A stretch of 64,000 bases of DNA from a virus: positions 39,862 through 103,861 of IMG/VR virus record IMGVR_UViG_3300046804_004208, one strand, 5' to 3'. The notes beneath the pieces are model-generated. The model did no database searches. It saw only the letters and a program-made list of their open reading frames with translations, and had not been told where the DNA came from. A program made the translations under genes and the position numbers. This document shows positions 18,516-28,315 of the stretch, piece by piece; positions within the stretch are counted from its first letter, which is position 1; each line of letters opens with the position of its first letter.

Positions 18516-20672
18516 ATGACCGTCCGCCACGAAATCAAGTCTCAACTCGCCAAACTGCTTGCCACCGAAGACCTTGTGGTTGAGCACAAGAAGGTGGAGA
18601 CTGCCTGCTTCAATGTTCACACTCGTGTGCTGACTCTGCCTATGTGGGAGAAGGCAAGCAACACCGTGTATGACCTTCTGGTGGGGCATGAGGTTGGTCA
18701 CGCTCTTTATACTCCCGATGAGGATTGGACCAAGAATTTAAAGGTTCCTCCTCAATTTGTGAACATCGTAGAGGATGCACGTATTGAGAAGATGATGAAG
18801 CGCCGTTATCCTGGTCTTTCCAAAACCTTTTATAACGGATATAAAGAGTTTTCTGATGATGACTTCTTCCAGATTGGTGATGATGATCTGGAAACCTATA
18901 ACCTTGCAGATCGTGTAAACCTTTGGTTCAAGATCGGTAACTATGTAGATATTCCTATTGAACGTGGCGAAGAGACTGAAATCATCAATATGGTTGCCGA
19001 AACCGAAACCTTTGCCGATGTTCTGATTGCTGCAGAAGCACTGTATAAGTACTGTAAGCGCAAGCAACAGGAGGAAACCAAGACTCCTATGGATAATCTG
19101 GAGGCGCAGGATAGTGGTGCAAGTCAACAACCTGCCTCTGATTTTACTGATCAGCAGGAAGGTGAGAATGATCAACAGGAGCAACCTGGCGAATCTGGAT
19201 CGTATGGTGGAACTGCCGAAAAGAATGACCAGCAGCAACCTAAAAACACTCAAGAGGGTGGAGAAAAGGATGAAGATCCAGAAGTTAAAACTATGGACTC
19301 TCTGGAAGAGGCACTGAAGGATCTTGTCAATCCTGACTCATATGAGAATGTTTATCTTGAACTGCCTCAACTTGATCTTAATAGGGTAATTGTCTCAAAT
19401 CAAGAAATTCATTCTAATTGCAAACAGTATTGGAATAATTATGTTGAGGATCAGGGATGGAAATATGAAGATATTTTTGGTGCGGTTGATAAGAAGTTTA
19501 ATGAGTTCAAGCGTTCTGCTCAAAAGGAAGTTAATTACCTTGTGAAAGAATTTGAATGTCGTAAAGCAGCAGACTCCTATGCCCGTGCTTCTACTGCACG
19601 TACTGGTGTTTTGGACTGCACTAAACTTCATACTTACAAATACAATGAAGATCTTTTTAAGAAAGTAACTACTCTTTCTGACGGTAAGAACCATGGATTG
19701 GTGTTTATTCTTGATTGGTCTGGATCTATGTCAAACGTGATGGAAGATACAGTCAAGCAACTTTTTAATCTTGTTTGGTTCTGTAAAAAAGTTTCTATTC
19801 CTTTTGAGGTTTATGCTTTTACTACCGACTATCCTCTGGTGAAGTATGATGACAACGGTAAAGCAACACTTCGCCAACTCTCTTATGAAAAGAAAGATGG
19901 ACTTATTCAAGTTGGCGAATGGTTCTCTTTGATGAACCTTCTTACCAGTAAAGTGAATGGCAAAACGCTTGAAGAGCAAATGCTGAACGTATTTCGTCTT
20001 GCTGCTTCCTTTGCTTATAAATCTCACTGTTATTACAGCACTCCTCCAGGTCTGACTCTTTCTGGAACTCCTTTGAATGAGTCGCTGATTGCCTTGCATC
20101 AAATTCTTCCTAAATTCCAAAAAGAAAACAAACTTCAAAAGGTTCAGTGTGTTGTTCTGACTGATGGAGAGGGTTGCTATCTTAAGTATCACCGTGAAGT
20201 TCAACGCCGATGGGAAGAAGAACCTTACCTGGGAACTTCTCATATTGGTCCTAATGCATATATTCGGGATCGTAAGACTGGAATGACTTATTCATGCGAT
20301 GGTGAACATTATGATTTCACTGATGTCCTTCTTCGTAATTTGAGGGATAAGTTTACTGATATCAACTTTATTGGTATTCGTGTTCTTGAGTCTCGTGATG
20401 CTGGACACTTCATTCGCCGTTACTATGGGTATTATGGTGATGAATATGATAAGGTAATGAACTCTTGGAAAAAGGAGAAAGCATTTACCATCAAGAAGTC
20501 TGGATACCATTCATATTTTGGTCTTTCTTCTAGTGCTCTTTCTCAAGAGGCAGAATTTTCTGTTGCTGAAGATGCCACAAAAGCACAAATTAAAAGTGCT
20601 TTTGTGAAGAGCTTAAAGACTAAAAAAATGAATAAGCGTATTCTTGGTGAGTTTGTAGAACTTGTTGCCTGA
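18516..20672 (+). CDS. CobT-like protein: N-terminal HExxH metallopeptidase-like domain + vWA domain
   Basis: HEVGH and EDARIE; MIDAS DWSGS, SGTP and LTDGE; start moved to ATG 18516, downstream of the TATAAT. Confidence 0.85.
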   Translation: MTVRHEIKSQLAKLLATEDLVVEHKKVETACFNVHTRVLTLPMWEKASNTVYDLLVGHEVGHALYTPDEDWTKNLKVPPQFVNIVEDARIEKMMKRRYPGLSKTFYNGYKEFSDDDFFQIGDDDLETYNLADRVNLWFKIGNYVDIPIERGEETEIINMVAETETFADVLIAAEALYKYCKRKQQEETKTPMDNLEAQDSGASQQPASDFTDQQEGENDQQEQPGESGSYGGTAEKNDQQQPKNTQEGGEKDEDPEVKTMDSLEEALKDLVNPDSYENVYLELPQLDLNRVIVSNQEIHSNCKQYWNNYVEDQGWKYEDIFGAVDKKFNEFKRSAQKEVNYLVKEFECRKAADSYARASTARTGVLDCTKLHTYKYNEDLFKKVTTLSDGKNHGLVFILDWSGSMSNVMEDTVKQLFNLVWFCKKVSIPFEVYAFTTDYPLVKYDDNGKATLRQLSYEKKDGLIQVGEWFSLMNLLTSKVNGKTLEEQMLNVFRLAASFAYKSHCYYSTPPGLTLSGTPLNESLIALHQILPKFQKENKLQKVQCVVLTDGEGCYLKYHREVQRRWEEEPYLGTSHIGPNAYIRDRKTGMTYSCDGEHYDFTDVLLRNLRDKFTDINFIGIRVLESRDAGHFIRRYYGYYGDEYDKVMNSWKKEKAFTIKKSGYHSYFGLSSSALSQEAEFSVAEDATKAQIKSAFVKSLKTKKMNKRILGEFVELVA

Positions 20673-20703
20673 TAAATAATTTTATAGAATTCTATTATGA
20701 TTA

Positions 20704-20856
20704 ATGAGTAGATTTACCGATTTATTCCAAGAGTCTGTACCAGAACCTGCAGTAGAACCAGCACCTACAGTAAAACAAGAAACTGCAGTAGAACCAGAAC
20801 CTGCAGTTAAAGAAACTAAAACCCCCCTGCCAAAAAAGAAGTTCACTATGGATTGA
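20704..20856 (+). CDS. 50-aa Pro/Glu-rich protein
   Basis: Read manually: MSRFTDLFQESVPEPAVEPAPTVKQETAVEPEPAVKETKTPLPKKKFTMD; GATAAATA upstream. Confidence 0.6.
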   Translation: MSRFTDLFQESVPEPAVEPAPTVKQETAVEPEPAVKETKTPLPKKKFTMD

Positions 20857-20947
20857 TAACCAGTTACTGAACTGGCACAGGGGGCACTCACCTGCCCCCT
20901 TTTTTCTTCTATAATTACTTTGTTGAAACGAACCACCTAACTAAATC

Positions 20948-22081
20948 ATGCCCCGCAAAATTTCTGTGACTGACGAACAACTCATTTCTGATCTGAAATC
21001 TCTGTTTGGTACAGAGTTTTCTTCTGGTGATGTACGTGGTTATTGTGCCTCTAAGGGTATTTCTTATCCCACTGTTACCAGTCGCCTTGAAAAATTCAAA
21101 ACTGATCGTGGTCGTTGGAACCTGGAAGTGACTCAAGAACGTGTTGAAGAGATTGAGCGTTCTTATCAAGCACCTTCTGTTCTCCCCGCAGCAGAACAAA
21201 ACCTCATTCCTGATAAAGATGATACCTTCGTCAAGTTTGGTAACTTTAACGATATTAAGAAAATTATTCAGTCCAATCTTTTTTATCCGACGTTTATTAC
21301 GGGTCTTTCGGGTAATGGTAAAACGTTCAGTGTTGAACAAGCGTGTGCTCAACTTAAGCGTGAACTAATCCGCGTAAACATTACAATTGAAACTGATGAA
21401 GATGATCTTATCGGTGGTTTTCGTCTTGTGGATGGTGCTACTGTTTGGCATAATGGTCCAGTCATCGAAGCACTCCAGCGTGGGGCGATCTTGCTCCTTG
21501 ACGAGATTGACCTTGCCTCCAACAAAATCCTTTGCTTACAATCCGTGCTAGAAGGCAAGGGTGTGTTCCTTAAGAAGATTGGTAAATTTGTAAAACCTGC
21601 TGAAGGTTTCAACGTATTTGCTACTGCAAACACCAAGGGCAAGGGTAGCGATGATGGACGTTTCATCGGCACCAACGTGCTCAACGAGGCGTTCTTGGAG
21701 CGTTTCCCTGTGACCTTTGAACAGTCCTATCCCGCTCCCAGCACCGAGCAGAAGATCCTTGAGGGGGTTGCTCTGGATTTGGGTGTGGAGGATCGTGACT
21801 TCTGTAAGCGACTGGTGGACTGGGCAGACATTATCCGCAAGACCTTCTACGATGGTGGTATTGAGGAAATTATCAGCACCCGCCGATTGGTTCATATCAT
21901 CCGTGCTTATGGCATCTTCCAAGACAAGGCAAAAGCAATTCAAGTATGTGTGAACCGTTTTGATGACGAAACCAAGCAAGCATTCATGGAACTCTATGAC
22001 AAAGTGGATGTTGACTTCCAGATGCCTTCTACTGGTCCCGAACTGACTGTAGAATATATTGACGACAAGCAAGCAAACTGA
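20948..22081 (+). CDS. cobS: CobS-like MoxR-family AAA+ ATPase
   Basis: GLSGNGKT Walker A, LLLDEID Walker B, ATANTKG, NEAFLERF and ISTRRL. Confidence 0.88.
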   Translation: MPRKISVTDEQLISDLKSLFGTEFSSGDVRGYCASKGISYPTVTSRLEKFKTDRGRWNLEVTQERVEEIERSYQAPSVLPAAEQNLIPDKDDTFVKFGNFNDIKKIIQSNLFYPTFITGLSGNGKTFSVEQACAQLKRELIRVNITIETDEDDLIGGFRLVDGATVWHNGPVIEALQRGAILLLDEIDLASNKILCLQSVLEGKGVFLKKIGKFVKPAEGFNVFATANTKGKGSDDGRFIGTNVLNEAFLERFPVTFEQSYPAPSTEQKILEGVALDLGVEDRDFCKRLVDWADIIRKTFYDGGIEEIISTRRLVHIIRAYGIFQDKAKAIQVCVNRFDDETKQAFMELYDKVDVDFQMPSTGPELTVEYIDDKQAN

Positions 22082-22137
22082 TAGAATATGAGGAGGTAAA
22101 TGTGCCTCCTCTTTTGTTAACTTTACTATGAAAAATC

Positions 22138-22647
22138 ATGCCCTCTGAAAACCTAGAAACAAACTATTCGGATTACATTCCTGCACAAACCATCTTTGGT
22201 AGTGCTAGTTCAGATACTATTTCATTCACAAGTTCTCGTCTTCCTGGTGGAATGGCAGATCATTCTCAAGACTTCTGGAATTATGATGGAATTAGTTTGA
22301 CTGGAAATCCTTACACTTCTCCCGATACTATTACTTTTAATTTGAACATGCCTGAAGATACAAACAAAAACGGTTTCTGGAAATATAACGAGGATAAAAT
22401 CCTCAAGCAACTTGAAGAATATATTGCAAGCACTTATCGGCAACATTATGTTGATCGTACTGGTGGTGGTAAAGAGCAAACCCTAGATAAGATCAAGCAC
22501 AATCGTCGTGAAGGTTTCTGTGCTGGTAATGTAACCAAGTACATTGACCGTTATGATACAAAAGGTACTCCCCGTGCTGATTTGTTCAAAGTTTTGCACT
22601 ACACTATTCTTCTGATTAATCATCTCAACCTTATTGAAAACAAGTGA
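22138..22647 (+). CDS. DUF3310-like protein
   Basis: HY...GFCAGNVTKYIDRY..KG...DLFKVLHY motif. Confidence 0.7.
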   Translation: MPSENLETNYSDYIPAQTIFGSASSDTISFTSSRLPGGMADHSQDFWNYDGISLTGNPYTSPDTITFNLNMPEDTNKNGFWKYNEDKILKQLEEYIASTYRQHYVDRTGGGKEQTLDKIKHNRREGFCAGNVTKYIDRYDTKGTPRADLFKVLHYTILLINHLNLIENK

Positions 22648-22664
22648 AACTCCAAGACAAAACT

Positions 22665-23330
22665 ATGAAACTATCTGATAACACTCTGACTATTCTCAAA
22701 AATTTTGCTGGTATTAATAATTCTATTCTTGTGAAGCAAGGAAACAAACTTCGCACTATTTCTGTTGCTAAGAACATTCTGGCAGAAGCAGACATTACTG
22801 AAGATTTTCCTCGTGACTTTGCCATTTACGATCTCAATCAATTTCTGAATGGTTTGAGTCTTCATAATGATCCTGATTTGGATTTTAAAGAAGATTCTTA
22901 TCTGAGTATCAAAGAAGGTAAGCGTAGGGTTAAGTATTTCTTTGCAGATCCTAATGTGATTATTTCTCCTCCTGAGAAAGACATTCAACTTCCATCACAA
23001 GATGTTTGCTTCCAATTGGATAGCACTTCTCTGGAGAAATTGGTAAAAGCAGCAGCAGTTTATCAACTTCCCGATCTTTCTGCTATTGGTGAAGCGGGTG
23101 TAATCAAACTGGTTGTTCGTGATAAGAAGAATGATACTTCTAACGAATATGCTATCGTTGTTGGTGAAACCGATGATGAATTTACATTTAACTTCAAGGT
23201 TGAAAACATCAAGATCATTCCTGGTGCCTATGACGTTGTGGTCTCTTCTAAACTTTTGTCACAATTCACCAACACCAAGTACAATCTGACCTATTATATT
23301 GCTCTGGAACCCGATTCTACTTTTGGTTGA
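22665..23330 (+). CDS. g45: DNA polymerase sliding clamp
   Basis: MKLSDNTLTILKNFAGINNSI, FAIYDLNQFL and YYIALE. Confidence 0.96.
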   Translation: MKLSDNTLTILKNFAGINNSILVKQGNKLRTISVAKNILAEADITEDFPRDFAIYDLNQFLNGLSLHNDPDLDFKEDSYLSIKEGKRRVKYFFADPNVIISPPEKDIQLPSQDVCFQLDSTSLEKLVKAAAVYQLPDLSAIGEAGVIKLVVRDKKNDTSNEYAIVVGETDDEFTFNFKVENIKIIPGAYDVVVSSKLLSQFTNTKYNLTYYIALEPDSTFG

Positions 23331-23845
23331 TGAACATTTTTGTCACTTCCCCCTGGCCTGCTGAGAGTGCTATTTGCCTCCCAGACAAGCATGTTGTTAA
23401 AATGCCCTTAGAGTGCTGTCAGATGCTCTCTATCGTTGCCTCTGACAAGTGGGGACACGGGTATGGCACCCTCCCTAAGGCAGATGGAACCCCCTACAAG
23501 ACCGAGAAAGGAGCATTCCGCAATCATCCCTGTACCAAGTGGGCACTGGAGAGCATCCATAATGCCTACTGGTTAATCAAGTGGGGATTGAACTTGTCTG
23601 ATGAATACTGCCTGCGGTATAATAAAACTCACTCCTGCTATAAAACTCTTGTGGACGCATATTATTTGTTTCCCAAAGGTAAGATTACAGAAGTGACTCC
23701 ATTTGCTCGTGCTATGCCTGAGGAATGGAAGACTGACAAAACTATTGATACATTTGAGGCATATAAAAGATATATTGCATCCAAACCTTGGGTGTCTGAA
23801 AATTATCTTCGTATGCCTGAGCGTAAACCTTCTTGGATAAATTAA
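23330..23845 (+). CDS. Pyrimidine-dimer DNA glycosylase / endonuclease V-like protein
   Basis: MNIFV...DKHVVKMPLECCQMLS, NHPCTKW and FARAMP motifs. Confidence 0.8.
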   Translation: MNIFVTSPWPAESAICLPDKHVVKMPLECCQMLSIVASDKWGHGYGTLPKADGTPYKTEKGAFRNHPCTKWALESIHNAYWLIKWGLNLSDEYCLRYNKTHSCYKTLVDAYYLFPKGKITEVTPFARAMPEEWKTDKTIDTFEAYKRYIASKPWVSENYLRMPERKPSWIN

Positions 23846-23848
23846 ATT

Positions 23849-24793
23849 ATGGCGAGTGAATTTCTTCTGACCGAAAAATACAGGCCGCAAGTAATTGATG
23901 ACTGTATTCTTCCTGACGAAACTAAAAAAACATTTAAGGAGTTTGTAGAGAGGGGCGAGATTCCAAATCTCCTTCTTGCAGGACCTCCTGGTATTGGTAA
24001 AACCACAATTGCAAAGGCACTGTGTAACGAATTAGGAGCAGACTATTATGTCATCAACGGATCCGACGAAGGACGTTTCTTGGATACTGTACGGAACCAA
24101 GCAAAGAACTTCGCTTCGACCGTCTCACTTACGGAATCTTCTAAACACAAAGTCATCATCATCGACGAAGCTGATAACACAGGAAACGACGTACAACTCT
24201 TACTACGGGCGAATATTGAGGCATTTTATAACAACTGCCGCTTCATCTTCACCTGCAACTACAAGAACAAGATCATTGAACCTCTTCATTCCCGATGTGC
24301 CGTCATTGACTTCACAATCAAAGGGAAGCAACGGGTCCAACTTGCAGGAAGTTTCTTCCGAAGACTTCAACAAATCTTGGATGAGGAAAAAATTGAGTAC
24401 GATCAAAAAGTCGTTGTTGAACTGGTATCAAAACATTTCCCTGATTTCCGAAGAGTTCTAAACGAAATCCAGAGATATTCTACGGGTGGTAAAATTGACT
24501 CTGGTATTCTTGCAACTTTCTCTGATGTATCTGTAAATGAACTCATCAAATCTCTCAAAGACAAAAACTTCACAGAAGTTCGTAAGTGGGTGGTCTCCAA
24601 CCTTGACAACGATGCTCCTGTTTTACTTCGCAGGATTTATGACGCCGCTTATGATTGCCTTACTCCCGCAACTATCCCTGCTGCCGTTCTTGTTATTGCT
24701 AAGTACCAATACCAAAGTTCGTTCTGTGCTGACCAAGAAATAAACCTTATTGCTGCCCTTACTGAAATTATGGTTGAATGCGAATTTCGTTAG
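23849..24793 (+). CDS. g44: Clamp loader large subunit
   Basis: EKYRP, GPPGIGKT, IIIDEAD, HSRC and FPDFRR. Confidence 0.97.
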   Translation: MASEFLLTEKYRPQVIDDCILPDETKKTFKEFVERGEIPNLLLAGPPGIGKTTIAKALCNELGADYYVINGSDEGRFLDTVRNQAKNFASTVSLTESSKHKVIIIDEADNTGNDVQLLLRANIEAFYNNCRFIFTCNYKNKIIEPLHSRCAVIDFTIKGKQRVQLAGSFFRRLQQILDEEKIEYDQKVVVELVSKHFPDFRRVLNEIQRYSTGGKIDSGILATFSDVSVNELIKSLKDKNFTEVRKWVVSNLDNDAPVLLRRIYDAAYDCLTPATIPAAVLVIAKYQYQSSFCADQEINLIAALTEIMVECEFR

Positions 24794-24840
24794 GGAAAGA
24801 ATGTGAGTTTGAGTGTGAATTTAAATAAAGGAGAAAAAAA

Positions 24841-25128
24841 ATGAATGTAAAACTTATTCGTATGTGGTCTGGTGAAGATGTTATCGCAGACCAAGTTGGT
24901 GATTTGACGGATACTATTGTTATTCGTAATCCTATTGTTGCTATTCCTACTGGAAATGGGCAGATGGGATTTGCTCCATGGTCTCCTCTTTTGAAAGGTA
25001 AAGATGTAGATCTGGAAGTTTCTAAGAAATATGTTGTTTATATCTCAGAAGCACAAGAGCAAATTGTAGATAATTATGAAGATATGTTTTCTGTTATCAA
25101 ATCTCCAAGTAAAAAATTGATTGTTTGA
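24841..25128 (+). CDS. Hypothetical protein (Sm-like fold candidate)
   Basis: KLIRMWSGEDVI...NP...FAPW; strong AAGGAG RBS. Confidence 0.8.
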   Translation: MNVKLIRMWSGEDVIADQVGDLTDTIVIRNPIVAIPTGNGQMGFAPWSPLLKGKDVDLEVSKKYVVYISEAQEQIVDNYEDMFSVIKSPSKKLIV

Positions 25129-25340
25129 TTATGAAAAATTTCAGGCACCAGATCAAATCTCGTTGGTATTATATCTTCTGGAGTGCCATGGCAGTTGCCG
25201 TAGTTGGTGGACAAATCTATGTTGGAACTGGTTATCGGGAGATGGCAGAAGCAACTAAGTCTACTGAGATTTCTGTTTCGTGCCTGCCATTATATGAAAC
25301 ACCTTCCCCCAAAACAAATAAAGAGAGAGAGTTTGAATGA
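25125..25340 (+). CDS. Small membrane protein
   Basis: One hydrophobic segment (WYYIFWSAMAVAVVGGQIYV). Confidence 0.6.
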   Translation: MIMKNFRHQIKSRWYYIFWSAMAVAVVGGQIYVGTGYREMAEATKSTEISVSCLPLYETPSPKTNKEREFE

Positions 25341-25543
25341 ACCTTTACAAGATTGATTACAAAACCTTATACGAGAAACCAGTTAAAACAAATCCTACAA
25401 ATGTAAAAGAGGCAAATGAGGCACTCTTTTATTCCAAGATGAATCTTCCACAGGCAGCAAAGCATTGTGGAATGACTCAAAAAGAAATGAAACTTACTTT
25501 TTTTGAATACCTTAAGTATAACAAACCTGATTATGAAAATTGA
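25337..25543 (+). CDS. Hypothetical protein with HTH-like segment
   Basis: MNLPQAAKHCGMTQKEM. Confidence 0.6.
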   Translation: MNLYKIDYKTLYEKPVKTNPTNVKEANEALFYSKMNLPQAAKHCGMTQKEMKLTFFEYLKYNKPDYEN

Positions 25544-26075
25544 TTTTTCTCGTATCAATCTTGAAGAATTCTTTGGTTGTGTGAAGGCAACAAACACAAA
25601 GCAAATGAAATCTAATCCCTTTAAAACTTTTCGTACATATCTGCAAGAAAAATCCTTTGCAAAATGGAGTAGTGGGCAGTTGAATTATGTTGGTGATTAT
25701 GAAGATGGAAAAGATTTTGTAGATAATTCTGGAATCTTTTATGAGATGAAAGGATCTCTGGGTCTTTTTAATCAAAATGGCAGTTGTAAGCGTGTTGTTT
25801 TAATTAACAAACGCCCAGGAAAAAAGAAAATCAAAGAATTAAAAAAAGAAGATATTCAAAAAACCTTTGAGTATATGTTTCTTGTTGATACAAAAAATAT
25901 GACGATTGGATATACTGATTGGGATACTGTATATTCACGCACAGAATGTGATGGTGCTGGTGCCACTTTCAAACTTGAAAAGGGAGATTATAAAATCTTG
26001 GCATCTAACATTAATCCAATTGAGAAAGAAATTGATGCTAGTCAACTTTTGAATATGATTGAGGTTATTCTGTAA
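25533..26075 (+). CDS. Putative PD-(D/E)XK nuclease
   Basis: GKDFVD...FYEMKG motif; stop codon overlaps dam start. Confidence 0.5.
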   Translation: MKIDFSRINLEEFFGCVKATNTKQMKSNPFKTFRTYLQEKSFAKWSSGQLNYVGDYEDGKDFVDNSGIFYEMKGSLGLFNQNGSCKRVVLINKRPGKKKIKELKKEDIQKTFEYMFLVDTKNMTIGYTDWDTVYSRTECDGAGATFKLEKGDYKILASNINPIEKEIDASQLLNMIEVIL

Positions 26076-26944
26076 TGCCTTATACTGAAAAATCTCTTAA
26101 AACCTGTTTAAGGTATCCTGGCGGAAAGTCCCGTGCTTGTGAGAAGATGGGACCTTACTTCCCAGATCTTCGCAATTATGATGAGTTTCGTGAACCATTT
26201 CTTGGTGGTGGAAGTGTTGCGATTTATATCACTAAGAAGTATCCTGGGTTAAATATTTGGGTAAATGATTTATACGAACCTCTTGTAAACTTCTGGCAGC
26301 AACTCCAGATGTTTGGAACTGATCTCAAAGATAAACTGGTAGAATTAAAGACGGCAAATAATACTCCCGATTTGGCAAGAGAACTTTTTCTTCACTCAAA
26401 GGGACAGATCAATGACCAAAGTTTGCCAAGTATTTACCGTGCTGTGGCTTTCTATGTTGTTAATAAGTGCAGTTTCAGTGGTCTCACAGAGAGTTCATCA
26501 TTTTCAGAACAGGCGTCCAACTCCAACTTCAGTTTGCGAGGGATTGAAAAGTTGCCTTCGTATTCTAAATTAATTTCCAACTGGCGTATAACTAATTACT
26601 CCTACGATTATCTGATGGATGGGAACAAAGGTGCTTTTATGTATCTCGATCCTCCTTATGATATTAAGAATAATCTCTATGGGAACAAAGGATCAATGCA
26701 TAAAGGATTTGATCACGACAAGTTTGCTGCTGATTGTGACGCTAACAATATGGATCAATTGATTAGTTATAACTCTGATCAACTTGTCAAAGATAGATTT
26801 AAAAACTGGAACGCTGCTGAGTTTGATCTTACTTATACAATGCGTTCTGTTGGTGAATATATGAGAGAGCAAAAATCTAGAAAAGAACTATTACTATTTA
26901 ATTATGGAATTGAAGGACTGGTTAAACTCGATCAATCAAACTAA
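26075..26944 (+). CDS. dam: DNA adenine methyltransferase (D12 class)
   Basis: LRYPGGKS, EPFLGGGSV, NDL and YLDPPY. Confidence 0.93.
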   Translation: MPYTEKSLKTCLRYPGGKSRACEKMGPYFPDLRNYDEFREPFLGGGSVAIYITKKYPGLNIWVNDLYEPLVNFWQQLQMFGTDLKDKLVELKTANNTPDLARELFLHSKGQINDQSLPSIYRAVAFYVVNKCSFSGLTESSSFSEQASNSNFSLRGIEKLPSYSKLISNWRITNYSYDYLMDGNKGAFMYLDPPYDIKNNLYGNKGSMHKGFDHDKFAADCDANNMDQLISYNSDQLVKDRFKNWNAAEFDLTYTMRSVGEYMREQKSRKELLLFNYGIEGLVKLDQSN

Positions 26945-27284
26945 ACAGAATCTGATTGATGAAAATCCTTCCCTTGAGAAGGAATATACTCCATATGTTA
27001 TCAATCGGTGCTTTTCTGGACATATCGATTCAATTATGTTTGCTAATGAAATGAATCGATATCATTTTCTCTCCAAAAAAATGCAATATGATTTTTTGCT
27101 AAATAGTCTGAGGAAAAAGAAGAGATTTTCTCCCTGGCTCCGACAAGATAAAATCAAAGACCTTGATTATGTCAAACGTTATTATGGTTATAGTAATGAA
27201 AAGGCAAAACAAGCTTTGAGGATTCTTACTAAAGAACAACTTACTTTTATAAAATCAAAATTTGAAACTGGAGGAACAAAATGA
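26904..27284 (+). CDS. g62: Clamp loader small subunit
   Basis: INRCFS...FANEMN, QYDFLLNS.RKKKRFSPW and YYGYSNEKA. Confidence 0.95.
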   Translation: MELKDWLNSINQTKQNLIDENPSLEKEYTPYVINRCFSGHIDSIMFANEMNRYHFLSKKMQYDFLLNSLRKKKRFSPWLRQDKIKDLDYVKRYYGYSNEKAKQALRILTKEQLTFIKSKFETGGTK

Positions 27285-27721
27285 GTGTAGTTCAAGAACC
27301 TGAAGTGAAGTGGACGCCCGATCAAATGGTTGAAGTGGTTCTTAACGAACCTGATGACTTTTTGAAAGTGCGTGAAACTTTGACCCGTATTGGAGTCGCA
27401 TCACGAAAGGAAAAGAAAATCTATCAGTCTTGCCATATTCTTCATAAGCAAGGTAGATATTACTTGGTTCATTTTAAGGAACTCTTTGCCCTTGATGGCA
27501 AGCAAGCAAACCTGACCGTTAATGACGTTCAGCGTCGTAATCGTATTGCCCAACTTCTCGCTGATTGGGGTCTTATTACGATTGTTGATGTCGCTAAGAT
27601 TCAAGATATTGCCCCACTTAATCAAATTAAAGTTCTTGCTTATAAGGATAAAGGAGATTGGATTCTGGAAACCAAATATAATATTGGTTCTAAAAAGAAA
27701 AAAGTAGAAGAAACTGAATAA
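27281..27721 (+). CDS. regA: Translational repressor RegA
   Basis: DDFLKVRETLTRIGVAS and CHILHKQGRYYLVHFKELF. Confidence 0.97.
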   Translation: MSVVQEPEVKWTPDQMVEVVLNEPDDFLKVRETLTRIGVASRKEKKIYQSCHILHKQGRYYLVHFKELFALDGKQANLTVNDVQRRNRIAQLLADWGLITIVDVAKIQDIAPLNQIKVLAYKDKGDWILETKYNIGSKKKKVEETE

Positions 27722-27768
27722 ATATTAATGAGACCTTTCGTGCGGTCTCTACAAAAGTCGGAACACCC

Positions 27769-27806
27769 TAAAAAGAGGTTCGGTTTTACCGATACCTCTT
27801 TTTTTC
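27769..27806. terminator. Terminator hairpin between regA and hsp20
   Basis: aaaaagaggttcggttttaccgatacctctttttt. Confidence 0.7.
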
Positions 27807-27880
27807 GTTTCTTGTATAATTAATAATGGATGCCGAAAGGGTCCACAAAACACAAACTCGCTTTTTAAGGAGCTACTATA

Positions 27881-28315
27881 ATGACTAACCTTACAAGGTA
27901 TACTGCTGCGGATCTTCCTGCTTTGATGGAAAGGATTAACAAATATAGTATTGGAATGGATGAATATTTTGATCGTATTTTCCATCTGCATGAAACCACT
28001 ACAAACTATCCACCATATAATCTTGTTCAAGTCAGTAATGTAGAATCAAGATTAGAACTTGCACTTGCTGGATTTAAAAAGAAAGAAGTTTATGTCTATA
28101 CACAAGATGGCAAACTTTTTGTGGAAGGTCAAAAGGAAGATAAAGAAACGGAGTCCAACTATATCCACAAGGGTTTGGCTCAACGGAGTTTTAAGAGAGC
28201 GTGGACACTCTCTGATGATACGGAAGTTAGATCAGTTGATTTTGAGGATGGGCTTTTGACTGTTACTCTTGGACGTATTGTTCCAGATCATCATAAGCGT
28301 AAAGATTATCTCTAA
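27881..28315 (+). CDS. hsp20: Small heat-shock protein
   Basis: NYPPYN, LALAGF, HKGLAQRSFKRAWTL and FEDGLL alpha-crystallin motifs. Confidence 0.95.
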   Translation: MTNLTRYTAADLPALMERINKYSIGMDEYFDRIFHLHETTTNYPPYNLVQVSNVESRLELALAGFKKKEVYVYTQDGKLFVEGQKEDKETESNYIHKGLAQRSFKRAWTLSDDTEVRSVDFEDGLLTVTLGRIVPDHHKRKDYL

